Shown here in pieces: positions 21,107 through 31,441 of a DNA stretch of 64,000 nucleotides. Within the stretch, counting starts at the first letter, position 1, and every line of letters begins with the position of its first letter. Source of the DNA: a bacterium. Lineage in GTDB: Bacteria; UBA8248. The stretch covers positions 2,304,001 through 2,368,000 of the forward strand of contig OZ244799.1 of the NCBI GenBank assembly GCA_965219955.1, written 5' to 3'. Made by a program: the position numbers and the translations under genes. The notes beneath the pieces are model-generated. The model was given only the letters and a program-made list of their open reading frames with translations. It did not search any database and was not told the origin of the DNA.

Positions 21107-21517
21107 ATGCAATTATCATTCGATCACGTGCACATTATTTGCAAGGACTTGGAGGGGATGGCCGCCTTTTTCGAGAAGATATTCGGCGGCGAGGTCATCT
21201 ACCGCGAGGAGAATTTCCACGGCGCGCCCAACGCCGTCGTGCGGGTCGGTGAAGCGAGGCTTTTCTTGAGAGGCGTGCGCCCGGGCGAGCGCATCGGGGA
21301 GAACCACGAGGACGCCGTGATGGGCCTCGACCACTTCTCCTTCGCCGTGGACGATATCCACGGACTCGCGGCGCAAATGAAGGCGGCGGGCGCGGACTTC
21401 ATCCGCGACCCCTCCCCCTCGGGCATGGGCGGCAGGACGACAGCCTATATCAGAGGCCCCGAGGACGTGCGGATCGAGCTTTCCGAGCGCGCGGGAGAGA
21501 CCTACGGCGGCGGTTGA
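21107..21517 (+). CDS. VOC / glyoxalase family protein
   Basis: FDHVHI, LDHFSFAVDD, GPEDVRIEL; start at ATG 21107 after GGGGAG. Confidence 0.88.
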   Translation: MQLSFDHVHIICKDLEGMAAFFEKIFGGEVIYREENFHGAPNAVVRVGEARLFLRGVRPGERIGENHEDAVMGLDHFSFAVDDIHGLAAQMKAAGADFIRDPSPSGMGGRTTAYIRGPEDVRIELSERAGETYGGG

Positions 21518-21542
21518 AGCGCAGCTCAAGTCAAACAAAAAT

Positions 21543-21571
21543 AAACCCCCGGGCGTCAAACCCGGGGGTTT
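21543..21571. terminator. Bidirectional terminator between the convergent VOC and ino1 genes
   Basis: AAACCCCCGGG-CGTCAAA-CCCGGGGGTTT hairpin. Confidence 0.75.
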
Positions 21572-21591
21572 CATGTTCCGATGCGCAGGAG

Positions 21592-22737
21592 TTATTTGTG
21601 GTCGTAGCGGGCGGGCAGGCCGTTTCCGTTGAACTCGACCTGATCGCTCGCGCGCAGGTCGCCCGCGATGAATTCCTCGATCATCAGGCTCGCGACGGAA
21701 TCGGGCACCTGAACCGGGGGGTGCTTCATCAGATAGGCGCTCACCGGGTAGAGCGGCCCCGCCTCGCCCCGGTCGCGCGCGATGCGCGCCAGGCGAATCG
21801 CGTCGATGACGACGCCGCCCGAGTTGGGGGAATCCTCCACCGAGAGGCGCGCCTCGATCTCGAGCGGCACGCCTCCGAAGCCCTCCGCCTCGATCCGCAG
21901 GAAGCAGATCTTGTTGTCGTCCTGCCAGGGCACGTAATCGGACGGACCGATGTGGATGTCGTCCGAGTCCAGGGGTTCGGGCAACTGGCTCTGTACGGCG
22001 TCCGTTTTCGAGATTTTCTTGGACTTCAGGCGCGAGCGCTCCAGCATGTTCAGGAAATCGGTGTTTCCGCCCGTGTTCAACTGGTAGGTGCGCTTGAGCT
22101 TCACGCCCCTGTCCACGCACAGCCTGGCGAGCGTGCGGTGCAGGATGGTGGCGCCGAGCTGGGCCTTCACGTCGTCACCCACCACGGGTATTCCCGCATC
22201 GGTAAAGCGGCCCGCCCATTCGGGGTCCGAGACGATGAAGACCGGCATGCAGTTGATGAAGGAAACGCCCGCCGCGAGTGCGGCTTCCGCGTAGTGGCGC
22301 GCCGCCTGCTCGGAGCCCACGGGCATGAAGTTCAACAGAATTTCAGCACCACTCTCGCGAAGCTCCGCCGCCACGTCGCAGGGTTCGGCCTCGGCGGGCA
22401 GAAAAGAGCGATCCGAAGCGTATTCCGCCATGTGGGACGCCACGCCGTCGAGGATGGGGCCCATCCGCACGTTCACGCCGTAATCGGGCAGGTTCTCCCA
22501 GATGGTCTTCGTGCAGTTGGGCCTGGCGAAGGCCGCGGCGTGGAGCGGCTGGCCCACCTTGCGGACGTCGATGTCGAAAGCCGCTACGACCTCGATATCC
22601 TCCGGACCGTAGCCGCCCAGATCCCGGTGCATGAGGCCAAGCTCTTCCTCGGGATGGTGGCGGTAGTACTCGATGCCCTGTAGCAGGGAACTCGCGCAGT
22701 TCCCCACACCGGCGATGGCGATGCGAATCGGCGACAT
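21592..22737 (-). CDS. ino1: myo-inositol-1(3)-phosphate synthase
   Basis: GVGNCASSL, GDDVKAQLGAT, QLNTGGNTDFLNM, SKKISKT, EDSPNSGG. Confidence 0.95.
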   Translation of the reverse strand: MSPIRIAIAGVGNCASSLLQGIEYYRHHPEEELGLMHRDLGGYGPEDIEVVAAFDIDVRKVGQPLHAAAFARPNCTKTIWENLPDYGVNVRMGPILDGVASHMAEYASDRSFLPAEAEPCDVAAELRESGAEILLNFMPVGSEQAARHYAEAALAAGVSFINCMPVFIVSDPEWAGRFTDAGIPVVGDDVKAQLGATILHRTLARLCVDRGVKLKRTYQLNTGGNTDFLNMLERSRLKSKKISKTDAVQSQLPEPLDSDDIHIGPSDYVPWQDDNKICFLRIEAEGFGGVPLEIEARLSVEDSPNSGGVVIDAIRLARIARDRGEAGPLYPVSAYLMKHPPVQVPDSVASLMIEEFIAGDLRASDQVEFNGNGLPARYDHK

Positions 22738-22967
22738 GTATGTGTTTCCTTTCCTGCCTTTGCAGTCGCTGGGGCCTCAGATGACGGATCCCAAATCGAG
22801 CCCATGCGTCAGGATTCCCGCCGTCGGCCACGCGCGTGCGGATTCAAATTCAGGTCAATCGATGCGAACGCTTACGTCCACAGAAAGGCGACTATATCCC
22901 AAAAATCACATTTTCTCCAAGAGGAGGAGAGAAAATGATTCCAGAGGGCCTCGGGCGGGATACGCGG

Positions 22968-23966
<999 letters not shown>

Positions 23967-24074
23967 GGATAACCTCCGGATTGCGGACTAAGCCGAGCAG
24001 AACAGGTTAAAAGATAGGCGATTATAAGGACTCCGGATTCGGGTTGTCCAGTCGAATGCGCAGATTCCCGCAAA

Positions 24075-24716
24075 TCATCCGCCGGAAAGCGCCTCCTGAC
24101 CATGCGGACAGCCTTTCAGGATCGGACAATCCGCGCACAGGGGCTTTCTCGCCGAGCAGCAGTTTCTCCCGTGATGGATCAGGAGCAACGTGACGCGGCC
24201 CCACCATTTTTTTGGCACGGCCTCCAGAAGCTGAAATTCGGCCTTCACCGGGTCGCGCGTCGATATCCAGCCCAGCCGGTTCCCGGTGCGCAGAACGTGC
24301 GTGTCGACGGCGATGGCGGGTTGGCCGAAGACCTCGTTCAGGACGACGTTGGCCGTCTTGCGCCCCACGCCGGGAAGGGTCACCAGATGCTCCATCTCGC
24401 CCGGCACCTCACCGCCGAACTCCTCCACGAGGCGCCGGCAGCACGCGCGGATGGATTTCGCCTTCTGGCGGTAGAAGCCGCATGAGTGAATCAGATCTTC
24501 CAGCTCAGCCGGCTCGGCCTTCGCATACGAGGCGGCGTCGGGATAGCGGGCGAAAAGAGCGGGGGTCACCATGTTCACCCGCTCGTCGGTGCACTGGGCG
24601 GAGAGCATCGTCGCCACGAGGAGTTCGAGCGGGTTCCGGTAGTCGAGCGCGCAGCGCGCGTCGGGATAGGTCTGCTCCAGAATGCGCAGAAGACGCGCTG
24701 GCGTGGATGCGGGCAT
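24075..24716 (-). CDS. nth: Endonuclease III
   Basis: LSAQCTDERVN, LPGVGRKTANVV, AVDTHV, C-x6-C-x2-C-x5-C. Confidence 0.97.
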   Translation of the reverse strand: MPASTPARLLRILEQTYPDARCALDYRNPLELLVATMLSAQCTDERVNMVTPALFARYPDAASYAKAEPAELEDLIHSCGFYRQKAKSIRACCRRLVEEFGGEVPGEMEHLVTLPGVGRKTANVVLNEVFGQPAIAVDTHVLRTGNRLGWISTRDPVKAEFQLLEAVPKKWWGRVTLLLIHHGRNCCSARKPLCADCPILKGCPHGQEALSGG

Positions 24717-24807
24717 CGGGCTTCCTTTTCATGAGCGGTGATTCGGACTAGAATAGCGAACCTGATTCATATCGCCTAACAGCGTCAAGACAAAGGAGAG
24801 CGAACCG

Positions 24808-25047
24808 ATGGCCGACCCCAAAGTGGCCCAGAAAGCACCCTATATCTATAAACCGGAAAAAGACGAGAAAGTCGCCTGGTGCGCGTGCGGCCTGAGCCAA
24901 ACGCAGCCATTTTGCGACGGCTCGCACAAGGGTTCGGAGTTCCGCCCCATCGTCCTCGACGTTCAGGCGGGCAAGACGTGCGCCTTTTGCGGCTGCAAGC
25001 AGACGGGCAAGGCGCCCATGTGCGACGGCACGCACTCCATGATATAG
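24808..25047 (+). CDS. CDGSH iron-sulfur protein with two CDGSH motifs
   Basis: WCACGLSQTQPFCDGSH and FCGCKQTGKAPMCDGTH. Confidence 0.93.
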   Translation: MADPKVAQKAPYIYKPEKDEKVAWCACGLSQTQPFCDGSHKGSEFRPIVLDVQAGKTCAFCGCKQTGKAPMCDGTHSMI

Positions 25048-25077
25048 GGGTGAGGTTCTAAAGCAGACGATGAACAC

Positions 25078-25153
25078 GCGCGTGTAGCTCAGAGGATAGA
25101 GCGCCTGCCTCCGGAGCAGGAAGTCGCAGGTTCGACTCCTGCCACGCGCACCA
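25078..25153 (+). tRNA. tRNA-Arg (anticodon CCG)
   Basis: GCGCGTG/CACGCGC acceptor stem, TAGCTCAG D-arm, CCTGC-CT-CCG-GA-GCAGG anticodon arm, GGTTCGACTCC, encoded CCA. Confidence 0.97.
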
Positions 25154-25173
25154 GGAATCGTGAACCCACAAGT

Positions 25174-25204
25174 GCCGGAGACCAGCCTCTCCGGCGTTTG
25201 TTTT
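25174..25204 (+). terminator. Terminator after the tRNA
   Basis: GCCGGAGA/TCTCCGGC stem followed by GTTTGTTTT. Confidence 0.7.
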
Positions 25205-25313
25205 ACGGGAGTGCTCCCCGGCCCGCCGCTCCCTGTAATCAATCTCCCCCTTGACCCCCGTTGCCCATGCGGATAGGTTGACTTCCAAGCATCCAACGAG
25301 CGGAGAGGTTCCG

Positions 25314-26207
25314 GTGTTCGGCGAATACATCGACAGCCACAATCACATGCACGCCCTGAACTGGGACGAATGGGAACTGCTCGGCACGACGGGCATGCGC
25401 GCGGCGGTGCTCTCCTGCGGCAACCCCCATCTCTACCGCGAGGTGTGGGAGGAAGCGCCGGGTTACGACGACATCATGCGCTTCTGGGAGGGCCCCATCG
25501 ACATGGCCCGGGCTCTCGAGGCGCAGCACTTCATCCAGATCAGCTGCGCGGTCGGGATCAGCTCGATGACGCGGGTGACCGACTGGGAGAAGCTACTCGA
25601 GGAGATGCCCGGCTTTCTCGAAGACGAAAGCGTCGTCGCCCTGGGCGAGATCGGCCTCGACCCCACGCAGTATTTCTCCCTCACCTGGCCGATGGAAGAG
25701 CAGGCCGCGTGCCTCGAAGCGCAGGCGGAACTTGCGAAAAAGTACGACAAGCCCATCATCCTCCATACGCCGACGCCCAAGAAGAGCAAGGATTTTCTCG
25801 GCAACGTCGCCGTGCAGGCGGACGTGCCGCCCGAGCAGATCCGGCTCCACTACATGCAAAAAGACCTGGAAATCATCCGCAAGACCGGCTTCGATGAAGC
25901 CCGGGTCGCCGTCGATCACACCGACGCCACGACGGTCGAGCACATCCACGAACACACGCGCGCCATGTGCGCCATCAGCATCGGCAGCGCGCTCAGGCCG
26001 CTCCAGCCCGCGCAGGTCATCGAGTGGGTGGAGAGGTTCGGGCCGGACCGGATCATGCTGAACTCCGACCACCTGGGCTACCGGCCCATCGACATCCTCT
26101 CGGTTCCCAAGACGCTGCGCGCCATGCGAAACGCAGGGCTGTCGGATGAGGCGATCCGCAAGGTGTCTTTCGAGAACGCGAGAAAGTTCTACAACCTCAC
26201 CCTGTAA
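25314..26207 (+). CDS. TatD-family metal-dependent hydrolase
   Basis: IDSHNH, ALGEIGLD, PIILHTP, VDH, LNSD; GTG start chosen after GGAGAGG. Confidence 0.82.
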   Translation: MFGEYIDSHNHMHALNWDEWELLGTTGMRAAVLSCGNPHLYREVWEEAPGYDDIMRFWEGPIDMARALEAQHFIQISCAVGISSMTRVTDWEKLLEEMPGFLEDESVVALGEIGLDPTQYFSLTWPMEEQAACLEAQAELAKKYDKPIILHTPTPKKSKDFLGNVAVQADVPPEQIRLHYMQKDLEIIRKTGFDEARVAVDHTDATTVEHIHEHTRAMCAISIGSALRPLQPAQVIEWVERFGPDRIMLNSDHLGYRPIDILSVPKTLRAMRNAGLSDEAIRKVSFENARKFYNLTL

Positions 26208-26216
26208 GGACACACG

Positions 26217-27248
26217 ATGAACGAAACGCAGGACCCCTTCGAGTATTTCTTCGAGATGCCCTGGTCGGACGGGCTGCCCGTGGTGACGCCCACGCCCGAG
26301 CGCCTCGCCCGGATGCTGGCCGGCACGAGCCGGGACGCCGGCGAAGTTCTGGGAGACATCCCCCCCTCGCTGAACACGGCGACGGTGGAGAGCGTCGCTC
26401 TCCACGCGCTGATGGCGGGCTGCAAACCCGAATACCTGCCCGTGGTGCTGGGAGCTATCGAGGCCATGCTTATCGAGCGCTTCAACCTCGTGGGCATTCA
26501 GGCCACCATGTTCACCGGCGGTCCCCTGCTGATACTGAACGGCCCCTATGCCAAGGAGATCGGCGTCCACGGCGGTTCGGGGTGCTTCGGCCCCGGCTTT
26601 CGCGCGAACGCCGCCATCGGCCGGGCGATAAGACTCATCATGATGAACCTGGGCGGCGGCATCCCGGGCGTATCGGACATGAGCACCTTCGGCAGTCCTT
26701 CCAAATTCACCTACTGCGTCCGCGAGAACGAGGAGCAAAGCCCCTGGGCGCCGATGCCGGGCGATTTCGGTTTCGGGAAGGATGAGAACGTACTCACCGT
26801 CTGCAACGCCGAGGCGCCGCGCATGGCGATGGACGACGTGAGCGCCAAACCGGAAGGCGTCCTCACCACGCTCTCGAACACCATGTGCGCGATGGGCGCC
26901 ACGACGGCCTACACGCAGACGAACTGGGTGATCGTCGTCGCTCCCGATCACGCCGACATCCTGGCGAGAGGGGGCCTCAGCCGCGCGGACGTGAAGCGAG
27001 AACTCTTCGAGCGTGCGAGAATGCCCGTGGGCATCCTGAAAAAAGGCGGGCGCTACCGGGGTCCCGAGCTCTCGCGCTGGCCGGACTGGGTGGACCACGA
27101 CGACGATGATTCCCTCGCCCCCATGGTGCACGAGCCCGAAGACATCCTGCTCATCGTCGCGGGCGGCATCCCCGGCCCGTCCTGCCTCGTCATACCCGGC
27201 TGGAACACTTCGAGCCAGGCCATCACGCAGGCCTACCGCACGGATTGA
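26217..27248 (+). CDS. Conserved uncharacterised protein (WSDGLPVVTPT family), paralogue of 52197-53225
   Basis: Clear coding frame; shares WSDGLPVVTPT, MAGCxPEYLPVV, GCFGPGFRANA.IGRA, ENE..SPW with the second copy. Confidence 0.85.
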   Translation: MNETQDPFEYFFEMPWSDGLPVVTPTPERLARMLAGTSRDAGEVLGDIPPSLNTATVESVALHALMAGCKPEYLPVVLGAIEAMLIERFNLVGIQATMFTGGPLLILNGPYAKEIGVHGGSGCFGPGFRANAAIGRAIRLIMMNLGGGIPGVSDMSTFGSPSKFTYCVRENEEQSPWAPMPGDFGFGKDENVLTVCNAEAPRMAMDDVSAKPEGVLTTLSNTMCAMGATTAYTQTNWVIVVAPDHADILARGGLSRADVKRELFERARMPVGILKKGGRYRGPELSRWPDWVDHDDDDSLAPMVHEPEDILLIVAGGIPGPSCLVIPGWNTSSQAITQAYRTD

Positions 27249-27281
27249 GGGGGGCATTCTTTCATCGAACGAGAATGGCCC

Positions 27282-27450
27282 GTAGGGGCGGACCTGCGTG
27301 TCCGCCCGCTTTTTCTCCGTAAGGGCCGTTCACGAACGGCCCCTATTTTTCGCGGACTTGATATCCGTCATTCCTCTGTCAATTCCGATTTATGGGAGAT
27401 TGCCCGGAGGTGGATAAAAATACCGGGCGGACACGCAGGTCCGCCCCTAC
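27282..27450. repeat. GTAG-type REP doublet (REPIN-like)
   Basis: GTAGGGGCGGACCTGCGTGTCCGCCC ... GGGCGGACACGCAGGTCCGCCCCTAC perfect inverted arms. Confidence 0.8.
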
Positions 27451-27648
27451 AAAACAAGCGCTCATCCAGGCCGAACACAGAGGTTCGCCCTTGCCCAAAT
27501 ACCCTTCTCGATTCCCTCCTCCATCTGGATCACGGAGCGCAAGGCGGCTATAATCGCCGCGTTCACCGATAAGACAATCAAATTTCGATGGCGGCTGCCT
27601 GCGCCGCCTGCACTCAAACATCTTCGATGAGCCGAGGAGAAAGACCGA

Positions 27649-29403
27649 ATGAGCGATTACAAGACCGAAGACAGAGACGGAATGCGCATCGACTGGGACG
27701 TCCCCATCCCCATGGAAGACGGGGTCGTCCTGCGCTGCGACGTCTACCGCCCCCAGGACGATGCGGGAAAATACCCCGTTATCCTGACGTATGGACCGTA
27801 TGGAAAATACCTCCACTTCGAGGACCTGTACGAGACCTGCTGGACGCGCATGGTCGAGCAACACCCCGACGTGCCGGCAGGCTCCACCAACAAGTACCAG
27901 AACTGGGAGGTCGTGGACCCCGAGAAATGGGTACCGGACGGCTACGTCTGCATACGGGTGGACTCGCGCGGCGCGGGCCGCTCGCCGGGCGTCATCGACA
28001 TCTGGTCGGCGCGCGAGGCGCAGGACTTGTACGAGTGCATCGAGTGGGCGGCGTTGCAGTCCTGGAGCACGGGCAAGATCGGGCTGAACGGCATCTCGTA
28101 TTACGGCATGAACCAGTGGCAGGTGGGCGGAATGCAGCCGCCCCACCTCGCCGCCATGTGCGTCTGGGAGGGCGCGGCCGATTTCTACCGGGAGATGGCC
28201 CACCACGGCGGCATCTTCTGCAACGGCTTCGCACGCAACTGGTCCGAGATGCAGGTCTACACCGTCCAGCACGGCCTCGGCACGCGCGGCTTCAAGAGCC
28301 GCTTCACGGGCGACTGGGTCTCCGGCCCCATCACGCTCACCGAGGAGGAACTCGGCGCCAACCGCCGGGACTTCGGCGAGGATTGCTTCTCCCACAAGCT
28401 CGACACCGACGAATACTGGCAGTCGCGGATGCCCGATTTCAGCAAGATTCAGGCGCCGCTCCTCTCTACCGCCAACTGGGGCGGGCAGGGTCTCCACCCG
28501 CGCGGGAACTTCGAGGGCTACCTGGAAGCCGGCTGCGAGGAGAAATGGCTCGAAGTCCACGGCATCGAACACTGGACGGAGTTCTACACCGACTACGGCG
28601 TCAACATGCAGAAGAAATTTTTCGGCCATTACCTGAAAGGCGAGGACACCGGCTGGCTCGACCAGCCCAAGGTGCTGCTCCAGGTGCGCCACCCCGGCGA
28701 GCGCTTCGTCGAGCGGCACGAGAACGAATGGCCGCTGGCGCGGACGCAATGGACGAAATACTACCTGAACGCGAACACTCACTCGCTAGAAAATGCCCCC
28801 GTAGCCGATGCGGCGACGGCGACCTACGCGGGCTTCAGCGAGGGCGTCACCTTCACCACGCCGCCCATTTCGGAAGAAACCGAAGTCACAGGCCCCATCG
28901 CGGCCAAGCTCTTCGTGTCGTCGGAGACGAAGGATGCGGACTTATTTCTAGTCGTGCGCGTCTTCACGCCGGACCTGGAAGAAGTCGTCTTCCAGGGCGC
29001 GCTCGATCCGCACACCCCCATCGCGCAGGGCTGGCTGAGAGCCTCGCACCGAAAACTGGACCCCGAGAAGTCCCTGCCCTACAGGCCGTATCACACGCAT
29101 GATGAGGAACAGCCCCTGACACCGGGCGAGGTCTACGAGCTGGACATCGAGGTCTGGCCGACCTGCATCGTCATCCCCGAGGGCTACCGGGTCGCCTTCA
29201 CGGTGCGCGGCAAGGACTACGTCTACCCCGGCGGGTCGGGCGGCGGCCTCTCCAACATGAAGAACGAGTTCACCGGTTGCGGGTGCTTCATACACAACGA
29301 CCCGAAGGACAGGCCGCCCGAGGTGTTCGGTAAGAACGTGACGCTCCATTGCGGCGGCGAGCACGAGTCCTACGTGATGCTGCCGGTGATTCCCGATAAA
29401 TAG
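27649..29403 (+). CDS. CocE/NonD family hydrolase (peptidase S15-like), copy 1
   Basis: DVPIPMEDGVVLRCDVYRP, VDSRGAGRSPG, GISYYG nucleophile elbow, C-terminal PepX-like domain. Confidence 0.92.
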   Translation: MSDYKTEDRDGMRIDWDVPIPMEDGVVLRCDVYRPQDDAGKYPVILTYGPYGKYLHFEDLYETCWTRMVEQHPDVPAGSTNKYQNWEVVDPEKWVPDGYVCIRVDSRGAGRSPGVIDIWSAREAQDLYECIEWAALQSWSTGKIGLNGISYYGMNQWQVGGMQPPHLAAMCVWEGAADFYREMAHHGGIFCNGFARNWSEMQVYTVQHGLGTRGFKSRFTGDWVSGPITLTEEELGANRRDFGEDCFSHKLDTDEYWQSRMPDFSKIQAPLLSTANWGGQGLHPRGNFEGYLEAGCEEKWLEVHGIEHWTEFYTDYGVNMQKKFFGHYLKGEDTGWLDQPKVLLQVRHPGERFVERHENEWPLARTQWTKYYLNANTHSLENAPVADAATATYAGFSEGVTFTTPPISEETEVTGPIAAKLFVSSETKDADLFLVVRVFTPDLEEVVFQGALDPHTPIAQGWLRASHRKLDPEKSLPYRPYHTHDEEQPLTPGEVYELDIEVWPTCIVIPEGYRVAFTVRGKDYVYPGGSGGGLSNMKNEFTGCGCFIHNDPKDRPPEVFGKNVTLHCGGEHESYVMLPVIPDK

Positions 29404-29444
29404 GCGCGGAAGATGAAACTTCCCACTGACGAGATGAGGTGAAC

Positions 29445-31214
29445 ATGAGCGACATCGACCTGAGCACGGACCCTCAATACCGAACCGAGAAGCGTGACGG
29501 CTTCCTCATCGAATGGGACGTCCCCATCCGGATGGAAGACGGCCTGGTGCTGCGGGCGAACGTCTACCGGCCCGATGACGACGGCGAATACCCGGTCATC
29601 CTGAGCTACGGCCCCTACGCGAAGGACCTGGCCTGGCAGGATGGCTACGAGACGGCGTGGGAGCTTTTCGCCACCGGACATCCCGACGCCATCGCCGGCT
29701 CCTCGAACATCCACCAGAGCTGGGAGGTCGTGGACCCCGAGAAATGGGTGCCCGACGGCTACATCTGCGTGCGCGTGGACTCGCGCGGCGCGGGCCGCTC
29801 ACCGGGCTATATCGACCACTTCTCTCCGCGCGAGACGAAGGATTTCGCCATCTGCATCGAATGGGCGGGCGAACAGCCCTGGTGCAACGGCAAGGTGGGC
29901 CTCACGGGCATATCGTATTACGCCATCAACCAGTGGCACGTGGCGGGCCTCCAACCCAAGTATCTCGAAGCCATGTGCGTCTGGGAGGGCGCGGCCGATT
30001 TCTACCGCGACATGAGCCACCAGGGCGGCATCCTCACCACGTTCCTCGCCAACTGGTACGACATGCAGGTGAAGTCCGTGCAGCACGGCCTGGGCGAGAA
30101 CGGCCCCAAGAGCCGCGTCCACGGCGGACTCGTCTGTGGCCCCGACACCCTGAGCGAGGAGGAAATGGAGAAAAACCGCTCGGACTACGGGGGCGACATC
30201 CTGGAGCGTCCGCTGGACGGCGAGTGGTATCAGGATCGCTCCGCCCACTGGGACAAGATAAAAACACCCTTCATCTCGGCGGCGAGCTGGGGCGGACAGG
30301 GTCTCCACCCCAGGGGGAACTACGAGGGCTTCATGCGGGCGGCGTCCACGGAGAAATGGCTCGAAGTCCACGGCTTCGAACACTGGACGGAGTTCTACAC
30401 CCCCTACGGGGAGAAGCTCCAGAAGCAGTTCTTCGGCCATTATCTCAAGGGCGAGGACACCGGCTGGATGGAGAAGCCGCCCGTCATGCTCAAGGTGCGC
30501 CACGTCGGCGAGAAATTCGTCGAGCGCGGCGAGAACGAATGGCCCCTCGCGCGGACGAAGTGGACGAAGTTCTATCTGAACCCCGAATACATGAGCCTCG
30601 ACGCCGCGCCCATCGTTCGGGATCAGACCATCACCTACGGGGGATTCAGCGACGGCGTGACGTTCATGCTGCCACCGTTTGACAAGGAGACGGAGATCAC
30701 CGGCCCCATGGCTTCGAAACTCTTCGTCTCATCCGAAACCCAGGATGCAGACTTATTCCTGGTCCTGCGCCTGTTCACGCCCGACATGAAGGAGATCACC
30801 TTCCAGGGAACGCTCGACCCGAACACGCCCATCGCGCAGGGCTGGCTGAGAGCCTCGCAGCGAAAGCTCGTGCCCGAACTCTCGACGGAGTGGAAGCCCT
30901 ACCAGGCGCATGACGAGAAGCAATACCTGAACCCCGGCGAGATTTACGAACTCGACATCGAGGTCTGGCCCACCTGCATCGTGGTGCCCCCCGGCTACCG
31001 GCTGGCACTCAGCGTGCGCGGGAAGGACTATGAATACAGCTGCGCCACCACGCACAAGCTCTCGAACATGAAGAACGTGTTCAGGGGCTGCGGGCCGTTC
31101 CTGCACGACGACCCCACGGACAGGCCCGAGGAGATTTTCGGCAAGAACGTGACGCTCCACTGCGGACCCGAGCAGGCCTCCTACATCATGCTGCCCGTGG
31201 TGCCGGAGAAGTAG
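29445..31214 (+). CDS. CocE/NonD family hydrolase, copy 2
   Basis: Same motifs (GISYYA); tandem paralogue of the upstream gene; start may be GTG 29439. Confidence 0.92.
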   Translation: MSDIDLSTDPQYRTEKRDGFLIEWDVPIRMEDGLVLRANVYRPDDDGEYPVILSYGPYAKDLAWQDGYETAWELFATGHPDAIAGSSNIHQSWEVVDPEKWVPDGYICVRVDSRGAGRSPGYIDHFSPRETKDFAICIEWAGEQPWCNGKVGLTGISYYAINQWHVAGLQPKYLEAMCVWEGAADFYRDMSHQGGILTTFLANWYDMQVKSVQHGLGENGPKSRVHGGLVCGPDTLSEEEMEKNRSDYGGDILERPLDGEWYQDRSAHWDKIKTPFISAASWGGQGLHPRGNYEGFMRAASTEKWLEVHGFEHWTEFYTPYGEKLQKQFFGHYLKGEDTGWMEKPPVMLKVRHVGEKFVERGENEWPLARTKWTKFYLNPEYMSLDAAPIVRDQTITYGGFSDGVTFMLPPFDKETEITGPMASKLFVSSETQDADLFLVLRLFTPDMKEITFQGTLDPNTPIAQGWLRASQRKLVPELSTEWKPYQAHDEKQYLNPGEIYELDIEVWPTCIVVPPGYRLALSVRGKDYEYSCATTHKLSNMKNVFRGCGPFLHDDPTDRPEEIFGKNVTLHCGPEQASYIMLPVVPEK

Positions 31215-31304
31215 GAGCCGTTCGCGAACGGCCTCTACGGATTTTGACGAAGGGGCAGAAGGGGGCAAGTCCGCAAGGTTTCATTTTGATGCAATGCCGT
31301 TCTT

Positions 31305-31431
31305 GTAGGGACAGGCCCCCGTGCCTGTCCGACGGGGGACAACCACAGGAGGGTTGTCCCTACGCTGCGCTCGTTTCGGCAATCGGTAGGGTTTGCGGGT
31401 TTTGTAGGGGCGGTTCGCGAACCGCCCCTAC
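31305..31431. repeat. GTAG-type REP cluster
   Basis: GTAGGGACAGGC..GCCTGTCC / GGACAACC..GGTTGTCCCTAC and GTAGGGGCGGTTCGCGAACCGCCCCTAC. Confidence 0.8.
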
Positions 31432-31441
31432 GGGAGGTTAA

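Noticed and set aside
25078-25250. tRNA-Arg as an island integration site
   Set aside because: No integrase, no duplicated tRNA 3' end noticed, no compositional shift next to it
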